A stretch of DNA of 64,000 bases from Yuukianura sp. NJ FZ-2021. Lineage: Eukaryota. Under the pieces are notes generated by a model. That model searched no databases, had not been told where the DNA came from, and saw only the letters and a program-made list of their open reading frames with translations. Of the stretch, positions 1-12,286 are shown in pieces. The first letter of the stretch is position 1. Every line of letters starts with the position of its first letter. Position numbers and translations under genes: made by a program. The DNA is taken from positions 8,122,001 to 8,186,000 of the forward strand of contig CM102283.1 in NCBI GenBank assembly GCA_046563655.1, given 5' to 3'.

Positions 1-2599
1 ATTACTTCGTTTGACGTCAGTAGTAGTACTCAACATTATAACATTATTAAAGTAATGAGTGGGAAAGTACAAATCCATTTTTCAAAAACGTGCCAATAAC
101 AAAAAAATTGTTTTTCAAGAAATTTCGGCAATCATTTACGTGTGCCAAAAACTGTGATGACGTTAAAACTGTTTACACAAATTGTGTTTTTCATGCCGAA
201 TTTGAAAAATTTCTAACTAGCTTTAACTCTGACTTATGCAGAACTTTGAAATTTTGAATACGACCAAAATTAATTATTGAAAATGTTTCAAAATTTCGAA
301 ATTTTGAGTCTACCGTATTCCAAAGTGGTTTTATGAAACTCTCCGTTGGGTGTAATAATGAAACTGCTTCTTCTCCTGTTGCAAATTACAGATTTTTTAC
401 TACTTCTTCCACTGACACTTCCAGTAACAATTGACATCAAATGCAGACATTCCCTCAGCGTCGACGTCAAATCGGTTTTCATTTCAATTAAGCACCACAA
501 TTTTTTTCACAATTTTTCAACAATTTTTTAAGTTTTCTTTGAAATTCTGGCAAAACAAAATGTTTCAACCTAAAAATTTAACCTGTAGAAAAACTCCTCC
601 GTTCTGCTCGTTCTTTCACTTTAAACTGCAATATTTTGTTTTACTGGAAGTCAAGAGTGCGATGAGCTTCTTTTTTATTTTGGGAAGAAAGACGAAGTTT
701 GCAAAGAAACGTATTCCGTGATACGAAAAAGTTAATTTTGGCACCCGGATGTCAATAAGCAACTATAGAAGCATATATTGAAGAGATACAACTAAAACAC
801 AAGCCAAAATTCATATTTCATCATCATCTGCTCTTTTCCACGAGTTGTTCAAAACAAAAAATCATACGCTGTTCAGAACAACACTTTAGAACAGCATACT
901 CCCCAGCATTCATACGAAAACTACCTACGCAAATTCTCACAGAAACTCATGACATAGCCATCAACACTCCAGCGAGTCGTCGTTGCATTCATGTTTTAAA
1001 TATTTTTTTTAGAAAATCAAAGTACACAAAAGTGTAGTCGACTTTTTAGCCAAATTCGATCTATTCCTCTATTACAAATAAAAATTTTGAGCGTAATTTC
1101 AGAAGTATTCTGAGTAATTTACACGTGTCTGAGTTTCTCAAGGCGTCAATTGTGTTAGACTACAATGGATTTCAAACTGGAGTAAGTTGTTGATTTGGCT
1201 GATTTTGCATTTCAATTTTGAATTGAGTTTTAATTAAGTTTAGTGCTCTATTAATTCTGTTTTCAAAACTCGATTTTAATTATTGGCGCGTGTTACTGTT
1301 TGACTCGCCAAATTTTTGTTAAACCTTCATCCCTTGTAGGTAGACGAGCTAATACGGGAAAATGGTACAGACTGGTTGTTACAGTTCTAAAAAAAATTTG
1401 CAATTCTAAGAAAAAAATTTACAAAATTCCGAAAATTACTTGCACGAGCTTCTACGTAGTGATTTTGATCTTTCAAGACATTTCACATGGTTAGATTTTA
1501 ACTTTTAACGGGTTAGACAACATAAGGAATTGAAAAGCCTTTGATTATTGTCTTCTTTTGTTTAATTTTTTTTTCTGGAAAAAATTCTGAACTGGATTTT
1601 CATGAGAACCAGTCATTGGGTTTGGCCCACAAATTATTTTTGTTTTTGAAAACGTCATTTATACAAGAAAGAAGAAACTTTTCGTCACGTCAGTTTAGGA
1701 AAATCTATGTTAATCAAAAAAAATTCAGTGCTAAATTCCATTACAACAAAGGGCGTAGGTGCACCTTCTCTTTCCTTTGAGTGTGTAATAATATTTGACC
1801 TTGGAAAAAAATTGCAAAAGATGAAACTTGCTCAATTCCCAAGTACAAACTTCCTCACAATTTTCCCAATATTACTTTGAAACAGGTTTTCCAATTTGAC
1901 TGGTCCAAAACAATAGAAATTCCTAAAAGTCTCGTCTGATATCACATTTTTAACTCCTGTTACTTTCATTTTTTACATTAAATATTTATATAAAAAATTA
2001 ATTATCATTACTTTTCTATTTTTGGTCAGCACATTTCTGAAAAAAAATCGAAGAATGAGAACTAATCTCTACTAAATTGAACAATGCCAACAAATTTTTA
2101 AAAGCGATTTTAGAAATTTTGAAATTCGCGGGGGTGTCATTTGATATAATTTGCGTTGTTTTTCTTTGTGTTGAAAAGTCAACATCTCTTCATTTTTTTT
2201 CAGTTCTCAAGGTCTCATAGTCTAAAAAATTTGGATTTCCCGCCAAAAAAACCTGTTACATCATTCAAATGGCCGCCAAAGCTATTCTAGGTAAACCAAG
2301 GATGAGTACATTTCCAACAACTCGTTTAAATTAGTAGTCGTCAACTTTACTTAACCCACGTACGTTAACTTACATAAGTTGTTTATATATTTTGATGAAA
2401 ATTTGTCACGTACACATCTAATTACAACTTAATTTTTAAAACATTTACTGTATCTTTAGTTTTGCTATGTATTACCCGAATTTCCTGTTGTCCTAAAATT
2501 TGAGCAAGAAAACATCGTAAACTTTTTTTTGGTAACAAGATAAATGATTTTTAGTGTAAACTAGAAACGATGACGTGATACACACGTAATAAATTGTTC

Positions 2600-2916
2600 A
2601 TTGGAACATTGGCTAATAAGCACACGTAAATCCCTAACATTTGGCAAAAGTTCCCAGGTACCGCGGTATCCATAATGTAAAGTCTCACTTTCTGAAATAC
2701 TGAATGTTAATTGGTCGATACTGTTTATGTGATACTGTTGTAAATATGTTGCGTTTGAAACAGTACAAGCCGGAATACACGTTGCGTCCAACATTGGCAG
2801 TTTGACGCGTGCGCCGCCTTCAATGCTACACCATTGAAGCATTTGAGGTTCATGGCATTCGTTGTATTTGTATTGTTATGTTTACTTACGTTAATTGAAC
2901 TTCAATCAATTCAGTT
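2600..2916 (+). promoter_or_regulatory. Candidate HMGCR core promoter (inverted CCAAT boxes plus TCAGTT initiator)
   Basis: ATTGG at 2600-2604, 2608-2612 and 2793-2797, a CpG-rich patch at ~2770-2820, and an arthropod Inr consensus TCAGTT at 2911-2916, upstream of the first HMGCR coding exons. Motif inference only. Confidence 0.3.
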
Positions 2917-4024
2917 AGACCGCTTAACGTCAATTGACACGTCAACGAATCACATTACGACTCCATGCTTCTCCAGTAGAACAGGACACGGCTCCACGAG
3001 GGGTCATAAAAATTTGACCTTGCCTTGACCCCATTTTCCTCAATTTTCATTGTTCCATTGTGTCGCTTTTCTCTTTTTGAACAAAGTTATAATACTGTTA
3101 GTCTAAAATCTATTTTCAGTTACTCAATACATGTAAAGTTTTGTCTCAATCTTTACGAAATCTTCAAAAAAGTTATTCTTATTTTAACAAAAGGTTCAGA
3201 ACAGCGGAAGTTTAAAAAAATCTTATCCTGGTTCGTATCAAAGAATCATTTTCAGCAGTTAAGTTCGTCGAAATCATAAAAACTAACATTTGAACGTGTT
3301 TTTCGGATTGTTCGTAATGGATGTTGCTTAATACACGAGTAAATGGGAATACCAATTCCCAAAGGAACTTTTTTCAGATTCATAGTGAACTGGAACAGCT
3401 CAACAGCGTCATTCCACTTCTGGAACCAGCACTATATTCTTCTAGTACCTCCGATTTTTCAGCTCCAACAATCACCGCAACAAAGGTACCGAAATTTTGA
3501 AAAATTCAATTTCCAAATTGAATTTCTGTTGGAAAATTTTCGGCAATTTGATTAAGCTTGTGGCTACTACGTCATCTGAGTGGTTGAGAAATTACAGGAG
3601 TCAAGACTACAGCAACACCCTCAAGGAATTCGCCGGGAAATTTTGAATTGAAACGTCTAACTTCAAAAAAGTTCTCACTCAAAGCGTTATCTGTCGTTTC
3701 AATCATCACGTTCTTAGCTGCTGCAACAATTTCGTACTTTTTGAACAATTCCCACCATCAAGGAAAGGGAAAAACTTTATTTTCGAAAAATACTTTTTAA
3801 TTGACAAAAAAGAAAATACACAGGATTAAAGTGGCCTCTGAACGGAAAACCTTGCACAGACGAACGTCATTTGCAGCATCCCCAGACAACAGAAAAATCC
3901 AACCAACCAACAACCTGTTAAAAAGTGATTTCCAAAAACATAAAAAACACAATCCAAAAAAACTGGATTTTTTGATGAACCTTTTGGATTGACTGACCAA
4001 CAACGTGAACCATAAATCAAGGAT

Positions 4025-7000
4025 ATGAGGTAGGCTTGTCGTCAATTCCTTCCACCGGCAAGGTTTAAATTTTTTTTGTCGTACTGAGTACATTGTAAAA
4101 GCAAAAGCCTTTGGTGCTTAAACAGTAGTAGATGGATTATGGATTGGAAAATCTTATAAACCGGTGACCTCTTGTCTAAATACGACTCATTCCTAAACTA
4201 TCTGTCTGTCAAGACACATTCAGTTACAAACTTTTTTAAAAAGTGTTTGTACAAGTTACATAAAAAGCATAGTGAATATCTCTATTTGTAGATTGATTTG
4301 TTATTGTATCTTGAAAAAGTGTTTGCATCCATTCATTTTTTCTGGGAAACTTTAGGCCTGCAACAAGATTACATTGTAAAGTAAGCTTATCATCTTTACT
4401 TGGCGACTATTCTTCTATGTAGTACCTGTTGATTGCTTTTTCACGTGTGAATTTACCGTTAGTTACTTTCAACTCTAAACTACCGTACGCAGGTAGAATA
4501 TGCAAATAACTTTAAGAAGATAAACATTTGGAAAGGCAGAATTTTTTGAACTTTTAAAAACGTTTATTTCGAATTTTGAACAAATTTTATTGAAATGTCG
4601 AATAAGGCTTTCGAACAGCAAGGCAGAATTTTTTTTTTGCATGTTGTCAGGATTTTAAAAATTTCAAAATTTGAGTTCCATTTCCTCACCCGTGTCACAA
4701 ATTTGGGACATGTTTTTGATACCAAAGCGGTTTTACGTTACTTTTAATTTAACTTTAACGTCGTCACGAGGTGGTGATTAGTTATAAGTTGACCTTTTAA
4801 TGGATTTGCGGTTAGTTTAGGTTATACACTAAGTTTCAAATTACATTTCTATCTAGGAAGAAATGTTTTTAGTAAGGTTTCAGAAGCCAAACCGGAATCC
4901 GGTCTAACGAGAAAGCGTCACCCATTACGAAAAGTTGAAGTCGCATTTTCATTTTTTTTTTACAAAAAGTGGAAATTTTGGGGAAAAATTGTGCATTTTT
5001 TTTCAATAAACGTGTCGCGACAGTTTTTCCAAACTTCAGGCTGTCTGCCTTGCACGAAGTTGCGATTTCGCTGGAAGGCTTAACAGGTCCTCCAACTTGT
5101 TTTAATTGTTGAAATACTGCCAAATTTCCAAAGAACAGAAAAAAATTAAAAGAATTGTGAGATTTTTTTATTAAATGTAAAAAAACCAGTCCTTGCTCTT
5201 GATAATTTAAAGTCGTTCCGTGCTGTTTCGGTTGTTGGGATTTCCTAGGGATTTTTCAACTTCAACTTGAACTTGGCCAACAACCACCAAAAACTTCTTA
5301 AACTTCTTTAAAATCTTTCCTTCTAGGCTCCTTCATCTTGAATCTTCAATTGTAATTTCTTATATTGTTTTTAGTTGGACCAACGGCATCAGTTTTCATC
5401 ATCTCTTTCTGGTTTACCTCTTCATTCGAGCGTCAATAGTCTATGTCCAACGAAGAATCCCCAGCATCACCACCTCCGCCACATCATCATCATCTTCCTC
5501 ATCTTCTGCCCCTCCACCAGCATCACCACCAGTGACCACCATCACTACGACCATTCCACGCACTCGCTCTAAAACTGACATCATTCCAGCCGCAGTAGTG
5601 ACGCCTATACTCAAAAAATCCACTGAAAAGTTCATAGTCAATACGGAAGATACTTTAGTCCAGAGGAAACCTCCGCAGCATCCCCAAGCACATCGCAGCG
5701 TTTCTCTTAAGAACTTACCAAAAATTACTTTTGATTTTGTTGGAATCGGAGCCAAAGTGAACATAATGGGACCACCAAGTGAAACTTCTACTGTTGTCCA
5801 CCGAGGTAATTAATCTAACCTAAATTAATTAATATAATATAAAATTATACTATAAAGTAAAATTTATTTATAAGTTTCATGATCTCTGAGCTTCTTAAGT
5901 TCACTTTTGACAACTTTCAAAACTCTTTGAAGAAAAAGTTTTTGAGGAGAGACGCCTAACCTTAGTGTTACACAGGAAGTTAGGGTTATACCTGTTAGGA
6001 TCTTCTGAAGGAAGAGTCATTAGGCTATCAATTTGATCAAGTTTCACATCCGTGATCAACTACTAGTGTTTATAAAGTATGAAAGTGCGCAATCGCAGGC
6101 GTCAACGGATGTTAAACTATCATTAATCTAAACCTATTTTCTACAAACCCAAATGACGAAACCATTTGACTCTAATTTTTTTGTTCATTGGCTTTAATGA
6201 TGCATGATTTAGAAAAAGTTGAGATTTTATTTTTGATTTTCTGAACCTAACTTAACTTTTTTCTGACTTCCATTTGTTCATTGCTTTACAGTTGCACCAG
6301 TCACAGTTTCAGAAGTGCAGAAATCATCGTTTGAACCAATGCGATCCAAGAGTGAATCCGATTCAGACGCAGAGAATAACAAGTTTTTGATCCAAAATGG
6401 TGCGGCGGCTGCAAATAACAATAACATGTTTCAAGTTGGTGAAACCGATAGCAGTGCTAGTGACAGCGAAGATTTGTCGGAAGATGCCGAATCGTCAATT
6501 GGAGACGATACGCCAGAAACAGTACGATCTTTAGACGATTGCAAAATGATTTACGATCACAACGGACCGGCAAATTTAAACGATTCAGAAATTTTGCTCT
6601 TGTTGGACGCTAAACATATTGCAGCTTATCAACTCGAAAAAGCTCTTGGAGATTTAGAACGAGCAGTTTCGATTCGGTGAGTTTCAAAAAAAATTAAACT
6701 AATTTTACAAAAAAAGTTAACTTTAAACTAACTTTTGTTTAAATTTTGATGGTTTTAGGCGAAAATTAGTCGGAAAACAAAATCAGATTCACGAAGCCTT
6801 CACAGACCTTCCGTACCATCACTACGATTACTCTCTGGTGCAAAACGCCTGTTGCGAAAATGTAATCGGTTACATTCCGATTCCTTGCGGCGTCGCTGGT
6901 CCACTTCTGCTGGACGGCAAAGAGTACCAAGTTCCCATGGCAACAACTGAAGGCTGCCTAGTGGCCAGTACAAATCGTGGATTTCGGGCATTAGCTGAAG

Positions 7001-8446
7001 GCGGAGGCGTTCAGAGTTGCGTCGTGGCTGATGGCATGTCCAGGGGTCCAGTTGTCCAATTTCCAGCAGCAGTTCAAGCATGTCAAGCCATGTTGTGGCT
7101 CGAAGCTGAAGAGAATTTTAAGATAATCAAACAAGTTTTTGATGGAACGAGTCGGTTTGCTCGACTGAACAAAGTTCAATGTCGCGTAGCTGGAAGGCTT
7201 TTGTACATTCGGTTTGTTGCGAGAACTGGAGATGCTATGGGCATGAACATGATTTCCAAAGGAACAGATCAAGCTCTGGCTGAAATTGGCAAGGAATTTC
7301 CAGAAATGCGAATCCTGTCACTCAGTGGTAACTTCTGCACGGACAAAAAACCGGCAGCGGTCAATTGGATCGAAGGACGTGGGAAGTCTTGCGTAGCTGA
7401 AGCTGTAGTGCCTGGAAGAGTTGTGCGCGGCATTTTGAAAACGACGGCGGCAGCTTTAGTGGAGCTTAACATTGCGAAGAATTTGGTTGGATCGGCAGTA
7501 GCAGGTAAAAAAGTTTTCAAGTATTTCACAAAACACATAGCAATCTAGGCTTTTCTCACATAAAAAGCATGAACTCCTTTTGGATTTTCACAAAATTCCC
7601 ACGAAAAATTAAAAATTTTTACAAAATAACGTCAACTTATCAAAGAAAAAAAAATACTTCAAAAAATATTCTCCCGTGCCAAATATTTTACATGCGCGAA
7701 ATTACCTAGAAATTATACATACAAAGTACGAATTTAATTGGCTAAATTTCACTTTTTTCTAAGAAATTTCCTTAATACAAAAACGATTTTCTCAGACATG
7801 GCGTACTGCAATCAATCCCAAAATTTCAAAATTTGTGACCAAAGTTGCTAAATTTTTTGAAATTTTTCTCTCCGTAGGTTCAATTGGTGGTTTCAACGCC
7901 CATGCATCGAATATCGTCACAGCGATATACTTGGCAACGGGTCAAGATCCAGCACAAAATGTTGGATCCAGTAACTGCATAACTCTGATGGAACGAGTAG
8001 GTGACAAGGGAGAAGATTTGTACATTTCTTGTTCCATGCCATCAATTGAATGTGGAACTGTTGGTGGTGGGACCGTACTGAGACCACAGGCAGCTTGTTT
8101 GGAAATGCTGGGCATTCGTGGGTCACATCCCACCCAACCGGGTGAAAATGCCCGCCTTTTGGCTCGGATCGTCTGTGCTTCCGTTTTGGCAGGAGAACTG
8201 TCCCTGATGTCAGCTCTAAGTGCTGGACACCTCGTCAAGTCCCACCTCACTCTCAACAGATCCTCGACCAACATTGCATCCATGACGACTTCATTGTCAG
8301 CAGTGAGCTTAGGAGATGGTCGTGGGGGGAATCGACGACAATCCGGAGCTGGAACAGAACTGACTCCATTGTTCAGGCGATCCACTTCCGAAACTCCACG
8401 AACCACGGCACCTATGACCTTCCTCAGCGTTCCATTCCAGACGTAA
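4025..8446 (+). CDS. HMGCR: 3-hydroxy-3-methylglutaryl-CoA reductase (class I), ~727 aa
   Basis: Exons 4025-4029 (ATGAG, tentative), 5327-5805, 6292-6676, 6759-7504, 7878-8446, all GT-AG and phase-consistent (2184 nt). Motifs: [68 protein letters not shown], and GHLVKSH..NRS (catalytic His and AMPK-site Ser). The catalytic exons are certain; the start exon is inferred. Confidence 0.95.
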
Positions 8447-8734
8447 TACGAAGAAAAAACGCGGAAAAATGACAGAAAAGAGTTTTAGAGTTCGTGTATG
8501 CGCTTGTATCACATCTCCGAACGACAATTTTAATGCGCATGCGAACCAAATTCCTTTACAAATGTAGAAATTATACTCTCCGTAGACTCTGAGGAGAAAA
8601 AACATAAATTATACAAATATCCGAAGACAATAAAACAAATACTAAATCAAGTATGGGACATTTTTCTAAAAGTTTGGAAGTTGCTTGGAATGTTTATGTG
8701 TGAAAAAGAATTGAAACGTTGTTCTGCAACGTGC

Positions 8735-9433
8735 ATCCGAATCTGCAATAATTGGATTTCACCGGAATTGCATATTTCTGGATTTTTGTATTTATTTCGG
8801 AGGTTTTCTGGAGTTCCACTATAATGTAATTTTTCAAATTTTGCAAAAATTTTACACGAAATTTGGTGCAATATTGTGTGCATGTCGAACCAACATTGTC
8901 TTTGTTGGAAATTTCATAAAATTTTGAGTTGTCGCCTTTTGGCAAATTTTTGCACTAGATTGTGTGAATTTGTATTCAGCAACTTGAGCCGACCATTGAA
9001 GTTGCAGAAATCGCAAAAAAAGTTGCAATTTTTAAAAGTTTTTGAATGCAAGGAATCGTGAAGTTTCATGAGATTTTAATAAAAATTGAGATCGGATATT
9101 GTACGGAACAAAAAGAGCTTCCCCTTCTCTGATTTTTGTATGGAAATGTCAGCGGAGTGAAAAAGTCGAGGAAGGCAGGGAGCCTTTTCTGACCGTACGA
9201 TCCCCGCATAGCTCCGGTCAGTTTCCGAGAGGAACCTTCTACTTCACAATGTAAAAAAAAGCCTGTAATTTTTTTTTTAGAAAAACGGAAATTCGAAATG
9301 TCCACTTTTGAATGTGGATTTGCATAGATGTTGAGTCGCGGAATCCGAATCTGCAACCAAGTTTTTGCGGAATTGAATATTTAAAAAGTTATAGCGATTT
9401 TTGTATTCATGTCTGAGGTTTTTTGGAGTTTCC
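8735..9433. repeat. Two diverged direct copies (~85-90 bp) of a dispersed repeat at 8735-8817 and 9343-9433
   Basis: Both copies read ATCCGAATCTGCAA...GGAATTG(C/A)ATATTT...GATTTTTGTATT(T/C)AT...GAGGTTTT(C/T)TGGAGTT. Confidence 0.65.
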
Positions 9434-12286
9434 GCTTCATAGCAATTTCTTACCCAATAAAATTTTTGAAAAATGAAGATAACATTGAAAATTCACGATC
9501 TCCCTCTACCACTTAACTTAGAGTCACCCAGGAACGTATCCAGAAATCGAGCCAAAAAATTTGAGAAATTTTCGAAAAATCCTAATTTGTGACATAACTT
9601 TACTGCTTAAAGACCAACTCTTGTTTTTTGTTTTCCTCGAGGGTCATAGTAGAATTTATAGTGTTTATTGCCTAAAAAGTTCAATATTCTTAGCATCCTT
9701 AAATCTTTACTTAGCATATCCAATTATATGGAACGAGTTCGGACGAATTAAGAACCAGAAAATAGTGACAACTACAAACTAAAATATTTGTTATGTCTTA
9801 ACACTTAACTCCGCATCTTGATCCATTCCTTTTCATCTTCTGTCCTTCTCCGCAATCGTGTATCACACATTCCAGTCATCATTTTACACAATTGATCATG
9901 ATCACTTCCATTTTTATCCCACAATTTTACAGGTAAATCTCTTCAAGCTAACCCGTAAAACTAGCGCTGACATTTTAAATCAAACAGTTTCCTTGTCCTT
10001 AGGGTAACAACACGACACTTTCTCAAGACATTTTAAACTGGAGTGAAAGCAATGTTTCCTTATTAAAGTTTTTAGTTAATTTAGCACAGTTAAGTCAATT
10101 AATTAAACTAAAATAACTTAATTGGTATATTTGCGTGTTTTATGGTACAAAATACGATATGACGATTTTTTCTTCTTCGTGTCGACGAGTTGCGATTTTT
10201 AGCGAATGAGGGCGAAAATTAAAAAGAAACTAATTATACTTATACAAAAAATATCAAAATAATAAAATTCTTAAAATAAAACTTATGTAACTTATTTAAA
10301 ATTTTTAAAAAGTGCTCACACATGCGTCTAATTTCAGAACAAAACTAAATTTAACACAAAGAGCAAGAATGGTAATAAAAGTTCTTTTTAGAAATTAAGG
10401 TGGTGACAGAAGTAAAGGTGGAAACGAAATCACTTAAAATAAGTTTGCGCTTAATCCAAGAACTTTTACAATAATAATATAATAATAATACTTTATATAA
10501 TAATAATATATTTAAACTAAAACACTTCCTAACAATTCTGGCGCCATTTTGTAACTTCGACTTTTATAACCCTCTGCTGCTCTTTCGGTCGAGACTTATT
10601 TTTGTTTTGTGAAGACAATCATTTTTCCACTCCAAAAAATATTGAACAATGTTTTAGCAAACAACATAAAATATAAGACACAAAAATGTTTTTAAAACGT
10701 GTAACGTTTTCGAAAAAAATTAAAATTTAAAAAGGTCTGTCCAGTTTAAAATTTTATCCAGAATATTTTCTTATACGTATCGAAATATAATATTATAGTT
10801 AAACTATTTCGCGTTAACTTCTGTTTTTTAACCTACTTTTTTTCAATCTCCACAAACTTATTCAATTTTTATAATATTTCCCTCGAGTTTCTCTCTTCTA
10901 AAACTTAAACCTTCAGTTTATCCAATCTCTTCGCAGGAGAGAATTCGGAAGAAGACATTTTTCTTGTCACAGAGTTTTTAAAACTAATAATTTTGATTAA
11001 CATTTTAAATTATCAGTTTAAATAACAAAGAGCGCAATACTTCTTCCATTTCCTTTCACATATTACTCTTCAAGCACTTCTGAACACAACAAAAGTGTCT
11101 CAACAATCCATCTTTCCATAATCAACACTTCTCCACCACTTTGCTTGTACTTGAGGGCAATCTTAAGTAAATAACTTCTTTTCCTAATTAGTTATTTTAC
11201 ACGTACTGTTTACACACATTTTTACACATTATCGAATGTATTTTCTAACTAGTATTCCACAGAGACAAATGGCTACACAAGAGTTTTTCACCACAAAAAG
11301 TTCTTAGCCTTCATTTGTAATTATTTCATAAAAAATTTTGTACTTTGAATTATAACTTTCTCAATCAATTTTATATGATTATTATTAATTTTATAATTTT
11401 TCTTTCAAGATTTCATCTCCCGGTAGCCGTAGTTCGTCGAAGGGGAAAAAGGTACGTTGCAGTAGACACGAAGAACTACATGCAATTGAAATTAAAATTC
11501 TAAATTTCTAAAAACTCAGTTTTTGAAAACATTTTTGAAAATTTAGCTTTTGATGCCCTGCAACTACAAAACTGTTTAGGCTAAAAAGTAAGATCAAAGT
11601 AAACAGATCAAGGGTATTTTAAAACAGTTTTTTTTTCAATTTTTTGCTGCCGTACGCGTGGTAAGCAACTAAATTTAAAAATTGGATTTGAATTTTGAAC
11701 TGCTTACTATTTCAAAAAAAAAAATCAAATGTTTAGCGTTAAAATCTGTATACAGAAGCAGTGCAACGAGAAAACTGTAGTGCGCTTGTGCTAAAAGCTA
11801 CTTTACTTTATATTCAGTTGCGTATTTTTTTTTGTAATCCACTTGGATGCATTCGTCTTGATTCGTTTAGCTCTTTTCTTACAAATGGTTAACTTTGGAT
11901 TAAGTCTCTGCGTATTTTACGAAAAATCAATTCTAAATTCCCTTTCCATTCTATTAGCATTGTTCTTAACCCGAACTCTTCTTGACCTTTGACCTTTCCA
12001 GCGCCTTATACTTAACTCCTAAGGTATCTGCTTCAGTTATTGCATTTTTAAATATTTCCGCATTATTATTATTGGCGAAGAAGATTTAGGCGAAGCAGGA
12101 AGTTTTCAGCAGAAGATGGGTTTTGAATGCTTGATTTTTGCAACTTCTTATTCCTGGTAGTGGTTGATTATTTACATATTTTTTGCTGAAGTGGCGGAAG
12201 CTTTCGATGTGCTGATCTGATTGATACGGAACGCTTCTTTGGGATTTTTTTCAAACTTAAAAGTTGCATATGGTTGGAAAGTTTTT

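Noticed and set aside
3343-3992. Short plus-strand ORFs upstream of HMGCR, including a hydrophobic stretch ALSVVSIITFLAAATISYFL at ~3680-3745
   Set aside because: No resemblance to HMGCR sterol-sensing helices and no phase-consistent splice path to exon 5327; more likely 5' UTR or intron.
4681-4780. SREBP-like motifs (ATCACCAC on the minus strand, TCACCCG) in the HMGCR first intron
   Set aside because: Only partial matches to ATCACCCCAC or ATCACGTGAT; expected by chance.
6800-8406. Minus-strand ORFs of 69-154 aa overlapping HMGCR
   Set aside because: Antisense shadows of coding exons; no independent domain signal.
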